Below are positions 31,813-42,205 of a DNA stretch of 64,000 bases, piece after piece (the stretch's first letter is position 1; each line of letters opens with the position of its first letter). The stretch is from Nitrosopumilus sp. Lineage in GTDB: Archaea > Thermoproteota > Nitrososphaeria > Nitrososphaerales > Nitrosopumilaceae. The notes beneath the pieces were generated by a model. The model did not search any database and was not told the origin of the DNA. It saw only the letters and a list, made by a program, of their open reading frames with translations. The stretch is taken from assembly GCA_965224195.1 (NCBI GenBank), contig OZ245040.1, positions 672,001 to 736,000 of the forward strand, given 5' to 3'. A program made the position numbers and the translations under genes.

Positions 31813-31920
31813 CTTGATCAATACTAAAAACTATGAATCATCTCAAGTAAGTTTCTCAGCCTCTTCTTTTTCAGAATTCATTTTTCTTGATCAATACTAA
31901 AAACTATGAATCATCTCAAG
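31813..31920. repeat. 35-bp perfect direct repeat flanking a 38-bp unique insert (period 73)
   Basis: CTTGATCAATACTAAAAACTATGAATCATCTCAAG at 31813-31847 and 31886-31920. Confidence 0.95.
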
Positions 31921-31941
31921 AGCAACACCAAAACACATTGC

Positions 31942-34900
31942 CTACCCCTTCACAATCTTGGCATCGCATATGCTCTGATACGGGCAGAACATGCATGCTT
32001 GAAAGCTTGGAGTGGGCTGGAAACTCTCCTTTAGGATGTTTTCTACTGTCTTTCCTATTGAGGTCATTGCCTCCCTGACTGACTCGGCAGTTACTTGATA
32101 CTCTACTGTCTTGTCTTTCTCAACATAAAACAGCGTGGCCTTTGCTGGCAGCTCCCCCTTTAGTTCCTCGACTGCCTTTGCGTAGATGTTTAGCTGCGGA
32201 TCAACAACTGCGTCTTTTTTGGATTTTGAAGACGAGCCGGACTTGAAATCCACCACTTCAAATCTCCCTTCGGGATTCTTTTCCAACCTGTCTATTCTTC
32301 CAGTAAACACCACATTTGCAATGCTGACCTCAAATGACAGCTCTGTATCAACTAGCGTATTCTGTGCAGCCTCTTCCCATTTCAGGTACGTGTCAATCAT
32401 CCTCTCGGCACGGCCCATTGCCTTGGTCTCATCTGTCTGGTTCTTGTAGGAGTGAAATATCCACTTTTCTTTTAGCTTTTCAAGTGCCACATCTAGGGTT
32501 ATTTTTTTGCCTTTTGCCTTTTCATTTGCCATCTCTTCTGTCATGGAATGAATCACTGTTCCAAGGTCCAGTGAGGCGCTGTGAGGTTGGGGAACGCGCA
32601 GTATCTTTTGAAACTTGAACTTTAAAGGACAGTCATTGTAGGCTTTTATGCTGCTGGCTGACAGTGAAAACTCTTCTGTGTTTATCAGGGGCTGTCTCTT
32701 TCTGACAATCTCTGATGACAAATCCAGTTCATCAACATCAATCTTTAGGATGGTTGCAGGATCAAAGCCGTCAAGACTTTCGTGCCTTTCATAGTGCTTG
32801 ATCCTTGACAGCTCCACGATTCTGTGCATTGCAGTGGTAAGATGCTGCTGGCTGATTGCACTTGCAGCCTCTCTCTGGAGCGACTCTTTTTTTCTTTGAA
32901 CAGCATCTTCGGATTCTATGTTGAAATTCTCAGACTCGTCAAACTCTACTGTCTCTATTAGGGGATTATCCTCATAGTTTAGCTCACAAAGAAACTGTGA
33001 TGGCTGCTTCTCATTTACATTGCCTGCATATCTTTTCGGGTACAGCAGGTACAGCACATCCATTGTCCTAGTTGCGGCGACATAAAACAGGCGCCGCTCC
33101 TCATCTGTGTGCAATACTTTAGAGTCTGCTGTCCTGCCTGCCCCCTTCATCAGTTCTACAGGTATGGTAAAGACCGATTCTTTCCATGATCCGGGGAACC
33201 TGCCGTCTGCCAAGTCCGTCACAAACACAATCGGAAACTCTTTTCCCTTGCTTTTGTGCATTGTCAGGACATTTACAGTGTCCTCTGGTGTAAAGTCCTC
33301 CACTTCTATCTCAAAGTTCCCGATGATTGACAGGTGCTCTATAAAGTCCGATACTGAACTTGCAGGATTGATATCTTGAAACTCTTGGGCAATTTCGTAA
33401 AACTTGTTGAGCAGCAGAATGTTCTTTCTGTCAAATGGCTTTTCTGAGTTGATGGACTTTTTGTATATGCCTGAGATCTCAAATATTATTTTGTAAACTA
33501 GCTCACTTGTTGTTAAATGACCTGCGATGCGGATCACATTGTCAATCTGCTCAATTAACTCAGCTATCTCTGATTTTTGTGTTATCCTAAAATCCATGTG
33601 CTGTCTTACTGTGTATAGGACAAAGTCATGTTCTTCGCCGTAGACATGCCTTGCTTTTTTGTGAGCCGCATTTGTCAGCACTGCAATGTTTTGCTCATGT
33701 ATGCCGTGGCTTTTTAGCAGTCTGTAAACCTCCACTCCTGAGGTTGCAGAAGAGGCTGCAATCTTTAGAAACGCCACAAGATCCAAAATTGCCCTGTTGG
33801 CAAAGATATCAGTCTCGCCTACAAATGTGGCAGGAATCCCAAATGACCTTAGCGCATTTGTAAACTTTTGGCCCTCTGCATTCCTTCTTGACAGAATTGC
33901 AATGTCTTTGTATGCAATGGGTGATGTGACTCCGTCCTTTCGCTCCAGGGGTTTGCCCAGCATGTCCTGTATGGTCTTTGCGACAAACTCTATCTGGCCT
34001 TTGTCTGTGTGGGTAGTGACTACCTGGACTGGCATGCCGTCTTTTTCTTCAGAAAAGAGTGTTTTTAACTCTCTGTTCTGAATTGGATTTAGAATTTGAA
34101 TTGCAAGATCTGTGATGTTTTTTGTACTTCGATAGTTTCGACTGATATCTATCTTTTTAAAATTTGGAAAACTCTTCTGAAAATCTTTGAATATTCCAAA
34201 AAACGCGCCCTGAAACCTCATGATACACTGGTCGCCATCGCCCACCACTGTGACGTTGCCTTCCTTGCCAAGAATCTTGACCAGACTTAGCTGCGAAAAG
34301 TTGTTGTCTTGAAATTCATCTACTAGTATATACTTGAACCTGTCAAGATATTCTTGCAGTAGCACCTCGTCTTTTTCAAGTATCTCTATTGCCTTGGTTA
34401 CCATGTCATCAAAGTCAATAAGGCCCTTGCCTTCTCGGTATTTTTCATATTCTGTATAGACTTTGTTGAACTCGTAAAGTCTGTGAAGGGACTTTGACTG
34501 CTTTTTTATTTTTGCATCGTCCTGATCTGAATGTTCTAATTTTGCCATGCTTGCCTGTATGTATTTTTCAAGCTCGTCTGGTTTGATTCGCTCTTTTTTA
34601 AAGAAGCCAATGGCCCTAAGAACCAGCGTGTATGTCTGTATCTGATTGTTTCCGATATTGAGATAGTCTTGGTTGAAATCAAACCTGTCGGTGTTTTTGA
34701 TGCACCAAACCATCTGGGATGTCTTCCTGAAAATTTTTGCATCCCTGTTCAGCCCTGATTCCATAAAGTTGTCTTCTAGAATCTCCTTTGCAAAAGAATG
34801 AAACGTGCTGACTTTTGCATCCAGTATTCCTGATTTTTTTAGACGCTGTTTCATTTCACCTGCAGCCTTTTCTGTAAAGGTCATACAGAGAATAGATTGT

Positions 34901-35064
34901 GGTGGAATTCCAGACATGACAAGATTTTTGACCTTTTCTGTCAATACAAGCGTCTTTCCGCTGCCTGGTCCTGCAATTATTTGCAGCGGTCCATCTGTGT
35001 GAGATGCGGCTTGCAGCTGCTGTGAATTTAGCTCAACCATGTGTCTGTGATTATATGATGACAT
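31942..35064 (-). CDS. UvrD/REP (SF1) helicase fused to C-terminal PD-(D/E)XK nuclease with Fe-S cysteines (AdnAB/AddAB-like)
   Basis: AGPGSGKT, DEFQD, VGDGDQ, NYRS, TMHKSKGKEF, EERRLFYVAATR; CPLKF...GRIDRL...VVDFKSG...QLNIY...CMFCPYQSIC. Confidence 0.9.
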   Translation of the reverse strand: MSSYNHRHMVELNSQQLQAASHTDGPLQIIAGPGSGKTLVLTEKVKNLVMSGIPPQSILCMTFTEKAAGEMKQRLKKSGILDAKVSTFHSFAKEILEDNFMESGLNRDAKIFRKTSQMVWCIKNTDRFDFNQDYLNIGNNQIQTYTLVLRAIGFFKKERIKPDELEKYIQASMAKLEHSDQDDAKIKKQSKSLHRLYEFNKVYTEYEKYREGKGLIDFDDMVTKAIEILEKDEVLLQEYLDRFKYILVDEFQDNNFSQLSLVKILGKEGNVTVVGDGDQCIMRFQGAFFGIFKDFQKSFPNFKKIDISRNYRSTKNITDLAIQILNPIQNRELKTLFSEEKDGMPVQVVTTHTDKGQIEFVAKTIQDMLGKPLERKDGVTSPIAYKDIAILSRRNAEGQKFTNALRSFGIPATFVGETDIFANRAILDLVAFLKIAASSATSGVEVYRLLKSHGIHEQNIAVLTNAAHKKARHVYGEEHDFVLYTVRQHMDFRITQKSEIAELIEQIDNVIRIAGHLTTSELVYKIIFEISGIYKKSINSEKPFDRKNILLLNKFYEIAQEFQDINPASSVSDFIEHLSIIGNFEIEVEDFTPEDTVNVLTMHKSKGKEFPIVFVTDLADGRFPGSWKESVFTIPVELMKGAGRTADSKVLHTDEERRLFYVAATRTMDVLYLLYPKRYAGNVNEKQPSQFLCELNYEDNPLIETVEFDESENFNIESEDAVQRKKESLQREAASAISQQHLTTAMHRIVELSRIKHYERHESLDGFDPATILKIDVDELDLSSEIVRKRQPLINTEEFSLSASSIKAYNDCPLKFKFQKILRVPQPHSASLDLGTVIHSMTEEMANEKAKGKKITLDVALEKLKEKWIFHSYKNQTDETKAMGRAERMIDTYLKWEEAAQNTLVDTELSFEVSIANVVFTGRIDRLEKNPEGRFEVVDFKSGSSSKSKKDAVVDPQLNIYAKAVEELKGELPAKATLFYVEKDKTVEYQVTAESVREAMTSIGKTVENILKESFQPTPSFQACMFCPYQSICDAKIVKG

Positions 35065-35143
35065 ACTAAAAGTTTACAGCGTGCATGTGTGGATGAGTTT
35101 ACATGCCTGGTCTTACCGTGAAGTGTTCTGATGGTGTGGTTTA

Positions 35144-38100
35144 CGTAACATTTTGGTTACGGAAATTCCTCCCATCAGGGGAGGTTCAGGTCAATACAGT
35201 ATGGGCTTCAATGGGGCCGTAACATTTTGGTTACGGAAATTGGGGAAAATGACATATACAATATATACTGTATATACGCTTCAATGGGGCCGTAACATTT
35301 TGGTTACGGAAATTGCATGGACCTCCAGATATAATTTACTCAACTTGTTCCGGCTTCAATGGGGCCGTAACATTTTGGTTACGGAAATGTATCTAATGGT
35401 CTTGGACCTGGACTTTTCTCACGAGCTTCAATGGGGCCGTAACATTTTGGTTACGGAAATTTGCGGAGATTTTCATCATTTCTTGCAAGAGTTGTATAGC
35501 TTCAATGGGGCCGTAACATTTTGGTTACGGAAATTATGGGTTAACCGTCTGGATGATTTGGAAGAAGTGTAGCTTCAATGGGGCCGTAACATTTTGGTTA
35601 CGGAAATTGCCTGGCCGGATATTTTTAGAATGCGGCGTATCCGGGCTTCAATGGGGCCGTAACATTTTGGTTACGGAAATTAATCACTCCCTGCTGCCAC
35701 TACCAGCAGATGACACAGCTTCAATGGGGCCGTAACATTTTGGTTACGGAAATCACGGGATGGAGTATAAACGATATTGAGCATTCTGCTTCAATGGGGC
35801 CGTAACATTTTGGTTACGGAAATAAGATGGCCAAGAAGAAGAGGCAGCACCAGCACCAGGCTTCAATGGGGCCGTAACATTTTGGTTACGGAAATCGTTG
35901 TAGATATCACCGGTGACAGAGTCTTCGTCTAGCTTCAATGGGGCCGTAACATTTTGGTTACGGAAATTTATCTGCCGTAATTTCAATTGAATCAATTGCA
36001 GTCTGCTTCAATGGGGCCGTAACATTTTGGTTACGGAAATCAGGTACCAGCATGGGCATAACTGACATGGTGGGCAAGCTTCAATGGGGCCGTAACATTT
36101 TGGTTACGGAAATTAGATTAGTTCTGCGTTGTTTCCTTCTCGGCATATTGGCTTCAATGGGGCCGTAACATTTTGGTTACGGAAATAAAAATTGACATAC
36201 ACTATGCCAATTTCCAGATTGGTAAGCTTCAATGGGGCCGTAACATTTTGGTTACGGAAATATCCCACTGTTGCCAGTGATGACACGTGTGACATCCTTG
36301 CTTCAATGGGGCCGTAACATTTTGGTTACGGAAATTGTGTCGACTATGATGGGGAGGATGTGCAGTATGTCTAAGCTTCAATGGGGCCGTAACATTTTGG
36401 TTACGGAAATAAAAAAGAAGTGGGTGAACCACGGTTATCATTTATTAGCTTCAATGGGGCCGTAACATTTTGGTTACGGAAATATTTCAGGTCTGCTTTT
36501 CTCAAGGTTGCACCGGGTTGCTTCAATGGGGCCGTAACATTTTGGTTACGGAAATAAATCATACGGGCCTTGAAGCGACCCGCTGCAAAGCAAGCTTCAA
36601 TGGGGCCGTAACATTTTGGTTACGGAAATTATTCCTGGCAGATGTCATGGACAAAATCAGTGGTCATGCTTCAATGGGGCCGTAACATTTTGGTTACGGA
36701 AATTAGGAACACCTGCATAACAGTAAGACATTTATCCGTAGCTTCAATGGGGCCGTAACATTTTGGTTACGGAAATGTGTCTCGCTCAAGCAGTGTCTTT
36801 GTTACGTCATTGTCTGAGCTTCAATGGGGCCGTAACATTTTGGTTACGGAAATCGTTTTGTGGTGACGTGTACCTGTTGGCACCGGTGTGCTTCAATGGG
36901 GCCGTAACATTTTGGTTACGGAAATCAGGGAGCTTTCTCGGGATACCGGTCAGCTTGGCTTTGCTTCAATGGGGCCGTAACATTTTGGTTACGGAAATCA
37001 TGCTATTCCGACGTGGTAGGTGTATCTACGAATTGCTTCAATGGGGCCGTAACATTTTGGTTACGGAAATCATATCTGAGATTTGCTCCTTCCAGATCTG
37101 TGCCAATGCTTCAATGGGGCCGTAACATTTTGGTTACGGAAATCATATGATATCGGGTATGGCCGTCCAATGTCCTCGGGCTTCAATGGGGCCGTAACAT
37201 TTTGGTTACGGAAATGGGATGAAGTACGGGCAAAAATAAATCGTGCAACCATGCTTCAATGGGGCCGTAACATTTTGGTTACGGAAATATGGCTACAAAG
37301 TCATAACTGTAATGGTGGTTAACGCGCTTCAATGGGGCCGTAACATTTTGGTTACGGAAATTAATGCTGAGTTGTTAACCAAATTCACATTCGTAAAGCT
37401 TCAATGGGGCCGTAACATTTTGGTTACGGAAATCGGTATCGAAACCTATCACAAGCCCAACCCTGAAAACTAGCTTCAATGGGGCCGTAACATTTTGGTT
37501 ACGGAAATCCGGTGGTGATTCTGCAATAGCTGATAGTTACACATTGCTTCAATGGGGCCGTAACATTTTGGTTACGGAAATCAGTTAAGATGACGGATTA
37601 TATAGATCAGTCCGAAATCGGCTTCAATGGGGCCGTAACATTTTGGTTACGGAAATCATTGCGTATACAGCGTGCTCATGTGCTTTTCAATGGCTTCAAT
37701 GGGGCCGTAACATTTTGGTTACGGAAATCACCTGACGGAGGAGTTGATGGCGGTGATGGTGATGGGCTTCAATGGGGCCGTAACATTTTGGTTACGGAAA
37801 TTTGTCAGGGCGAGTGAGACGAGGGTTGGCACGTATGCTTCAATGGGGCCGTAACATTTTGGTTACGGAAATTCGGCAGATAGACGGAGTGTTATGATGC
37901 CAGTCGAACCGCTTCAATGGGGCCGTAACATTTTGGTTACGGAAATCAAAGGACATATGTACTGCCCAAAATGTCGCAGACCTGCTTCAATGGGGCCGTA
38001 ACATTTTGGTTACGGAAATTAACCCAGGGATTCCCGGCGTAATCGATGGAGTTGTGCTTCAATGGGGCCGTAACATTTTGGTTACGGAAATCCGAGACTC

Positions 38101-41100
38101 TTGACATTGCGGAATCGCTTGGATCAAGCTTCAATGGGGCCGTAACATTTTGGTTACGGAAATTGCCTGTACCAAGATGTGATTTTATCGAGGGCATCCT
38201 TGCTTCAATGGGGCCGTAACATTTTGGTTACGGAAATCCGTAAAGGCTGCTGACCAGTGGAGGTCTAGTATCTAAGCTTCAATGGGGCCGTAACATTTTG
38301 GTTACGGAAATAATGCAAAGGCATGATTCATGAAATGGGTTACAGTCTGCTTCAATGGGGCCGTAACATTTTGGTTACGGAAATCTGAACCGATTGCCGC
38401 GTATGCCTTTTCTTTCTTCTTGGCTTCAATGGGGCCGTAACATTTTGGTTACGGAAATGCGTATATAGCAGTTATAATTTCAGAAACAGAATATGCTTCA
38501 ATGGGGCCGTAACATTTTGGTTACGGAAATTTATAGCTCATGACATTGTCAGTGTGGAAGTCATTTAGCTTCAATGGGGCCGTAACATTTTGGTTACGGA
38601 AATGCACCAAAAAAAGGGTAACTTGGGTGTTTACAATTCTGCTTCAATGGGGCCGTAACATTTTGGTTACGGAAATCGAGTTAACCCCATGTCTAGGGTC
38701 GTGGTGTCAAGAGCTTCAATGGGGCCGTAACATTTTGGTTACGGAAATTCAGATGCAAATGGGGAAATTGTCATGGGCGCAGAATAGCTTCAATGGGGCC
38801 GTAACATTTTGGTTACGGAAATATCGCCGTTGCCAGTGTGCCACCTACAGTATCTCTCGCTTCAATGGGGCCGTAACATTTTGGTTACGGAAATAAAATT
38901 CGGAAACAACTAGAGCAGGACAAACTGAATAGCTTCAATGGGGCCGTAACATTTTGGTTACGGAAATATTTCCACAACGGAAACGTTGTGGCCCCATTGA
39001 AATAGCTTCAATGGGGCCGTAACATTTTGGTTACGGAAATCAGAAAAGGCTAGACGTGTATTTGACAGCAGGAGCATGCTTCAATGGGGCCGTAACATTT
39101 TGGTTACGGAAATTCACGGAAAATATGCCGACATTCGCTTAACGCCTCACGCTTCAATGGGGCCGTAACATTTTGGTTACGGAAATCAAAAATTAATGCT
39201 TGGAAATAAGTTCTCAAATCTAAGTGCTTCAATGGGGCCGTAACATTTTGGTTACGGAAATCAAAATTGCAGAATAAATGTCAAGTTCTTCCAGCTTGCT
39301 TCAATGGGGCCGTAACATTTTGGTTACGGAAATCACAAGGGAGCCACAACATATAAGCCCAGTTATTATAGCTTCAATGGGGCCGTAACATTTTGGTTAC
39401 GGAAATATGCCAATGTTTGCACGACCAGTTACAAACTTGTTCTCTCGCTTCAATGGGGCCGTAACATTTTGGTTACGGAAATTTGCAGGATGCCGTATCT
39501 GAGACGGAGACTAATTGAGCTTCAATGGGGCCGTAACATTTTGGTTACGGAAATCAGTTGGGCCTTTATTTCTCTGACCAGGTTGGCAGTGCTTCAATGG
39601 GGCCGTAACATTTTGGTTACGGAAATTCAGATTTGCTCCAAACATTTCTGCCCCTCTCAGAGCTTCAATGGGGCCGTAACATTTTGGTTACGGAAATCTA
39701 AAGAATTCAGGCAGTAAATCCGCCATATCTATCGCTTCAATGGGGCCGTAACATTTTGGTTACGGAAATTAGAAGATAGAGTGCGATTAAATGTTTGGTA
39801 GGGCATTAGCTTCAATGGGGCCGTAACATTTTGGTTACGGAAATACAGTAATTCCTGAAAAAGTGAATACTGCTGAACTAGCTTCAATGGGGCCGTAACA
39901 TTTTGGTTACGGAAATTCGAGCCATCAATGTTTGACAAATTCGTTCTACTGTGCTTCAATGGGGCCGTAACATTTTGGTTACGGAAATACGGGATATTGA
40001 TTCATTAACTCGTCAACGATTCTGAGCTTCAATGGGGCCGTAACATTTTGGTTACGGAAATTTTGGTTTCTTCGGATGTTTTCAGCGCACTAATTCCGTG
40101 CTTCAATGGGGCCGTAACATTTTGGTTACGGAAATCGATAGGTGATGACCTAGATAATGTCATAATTGATTAGCTTCAATGGGGCCGTAACATTTTGGTT
40201 ACGGAAATAAATCTGTTGCATTCAGCCAATAATGTGCTCCAACAGCTTCAATGGGGCCGTAACATTTTGGTTACGGAAATGCGGAAAACAAACAAAGCAC
40301 ATCACTCGAAAAAGAACAGCTTCAATGGGGCCGTAACATTTTGGTTACGGAAATCTCACAAGATTTACAGGTTAATCCGCCAAGTTAACTGCTTCAATGG
40401 GGCCGTAACATTTTGGTTACGGAAATTTGCAAAGCCAACCATATGCAAACCGTCTTGAATCGTCAAGAGCTTCAATGGGGCCGTAACATTTTGGTTACGG
40501 AAATTTATAACAATTCAAACATTGCTGAAGACTCTGACCTGCTTCAATGGGGCCGTAACATTTTGGTTACGGAAATCTTGAAAGGCGCAAATCTAAAAGG
40601 AGCAAACCTAGTGCTTCAATGGGGCCGTAACATTTTGGTTACGGAAATTCGGTTATAATCTCTGATTGTCATTAGTCCTCTTATCGCTTCAATGGGGCCG
40701 TAACATTTTGGTTACGGAAATCTGATACGTCGATGTCGATTGATGCCTTTCTTTTGCCGCTTCAATGGGGCCGTAACATTTTGGTTACGGAAATTTAGTC
40801 CAAAACTGGATTAACAGAAATTCCTCAAAGCTTCAATGGGGCCGTAACATTTTGGTTACGGAAATTTGACATAGTGGCTATCAAATTAGTGGCTCCTTGC
40901 ATATGCTTCAATGGGGCCGTAACATTTTGGTTACGGAAATAGGTCAAGATGGTTTAGAAATCATTGTTTTTTATAAGCTTCAATGGGGCCGTAACATTTT
41001 GGTTACGGAAATAAAATACAAACGAGGACTAAAAGCAGCTAGCACTGCAGCTTCAATGGGGCCGTAACATTTTGGTTACGGAAATCAGTTGATGAACTGA

Positions 41101-41740
41101 ACCAGAGTTCAGTTTTAGTCAGCTTCAATGGGGCCGTAACATTTTGGTTACGGAAATTCGGAACGATTGTAATAATTACAAGTGACCCGAAAAGCTTCAA
41201 TGGGGCCGTAACATTTTGGTTACGGAAATCTAATCCGTCTTGGGAATATGCTTTTTGACCGTGGATCTGCTTCAATGGGGCCGTAACATTTTGGTTACGG
41301 AAATGATGTGTATGCGTGCCTGTACCAAGATATAATTTTGTGCTTCAATGGGGCCGTAACATTTTGGTTACGGAAATCATGGAATTTTATTACACTGCAG
41401 TATCACGAGGGAGGCTTCAATGGGGCCGTAACATTTTGGTTACGGAAATTTATGCAGGTCACATGTGTTCGCTGTGGATACACAAAGCTTCAATGGGGCC
41501 GTAACATTTTGGTTACGGAAATGTGCAGTAGGTCTACCTCGACATCTACAGAATTATAGCTTCAATGGGGCCGTAACATTTTGGTTACGGAAATTTTTTC
41601 CAGCAAAAAATTGAAAAGAGATACACAACTAAGCTTCAATGGGGCCGTAACATTTTGGTTACGGAAATTCCGAGTACCCTCACGGAGTTAGAACTGAGTG
41701 AGTAGCTTCAATGGGGCCGTAACATTTTGGTTACGGAAAT
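35144..41740 (-). CRISPR. Type I-G CRISPR array: 90 identical 36-bp repeats plus one degenerate trailer repeat, about 90 spacers of 34-42 bp
   Basis: Repeat (minus strand) ATTTCCGTAACCAAAATGTTACGGCCCCATTGAAGC with stem CCGTAAC/GTTACGG; partial repeat 35144-35166 marks the trailer; count made by eye. Confidence 0.98.
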
Positions 41741-41911
41741 AGCAGAAATTGTGCTCAAGTTTTTACTATTTGTATAATTATACATACGTTTGTTTATTTA
41801 CTTCACAATATGTTGTTAACTATAAAAACCAATTTTTAGTTTTTCATAGATCTTATATTGTTATGACAAGCGCTTCTGCATGTGTACGTCATCACATCGT
41901 CCCTCGTCAAG
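41741..41911 (-). promoter_or_regulatory. CRISPR leader
   Basis: AT-rich non-coding segment between cas2 and the first repeat; TATA-like palindrome TGTATAATTATACA about 30-45 bp from the repeat. Confidence 0.8.
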
Positions 41912-42202
41912 TTATATTATTATTGCAGACTCTTTTTTTGTGTTTATCGGTTCACCTAGTGTGCTTATACAATTTTTACCTCTACCATCAACAGGTCCAA
42001 CATCAATTATTAAAACTCTGTCTTCTTTTAAATTTAATATCTCTTTTAGATCCCCTTTCATTAGAACCAATTCCTTTGGATTTACATCGCACATAAATAC
42101 AGAATATTGAACCGGTATGCCATAACCGTTCATTTTTTTGTATGTATCTGCAAGTCGTCTAGGCTCACTCACATCATAACATACAAAATATCTATTACGC
42201 AA
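41912..42202 (-). CDS. cas2: CRISPR-associated endonuclease Cas2
   Basis: YFVCYDVS, YGIPVQYSVFMC, EDRVLIID. Confidence 0.95.
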   Translation of the reverse strand: MRNRYFVCYDVSEPRRLADTYKKMNGYGIPVQYSVFMCDVNPKELVLMKGDLKEILNLKEDRVLIIDVGPVDGRGKNCISTLGEPINTKKESAIII

Positions 42203-42205
42203 TAA

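Noticed and set aside
26300-31900. attL/attR duplicate of the tRNA-Asn 3' end
   Set aside because: No copy found by eye and no integrase in the window
35153-41559. Many ORFs with repeating LQWGRNILVTEI / FNGAVTFWLRK / FRNQNVTAPLK peptides
   Set aside because: Translations of the CRISPR repeat, not genes
35167-41704. Array spacers matching this window or the three ectopic inserts
   Set aside because: No match noticed by eye other than the repeat-like spacer; an alignment is needed to exclude matches
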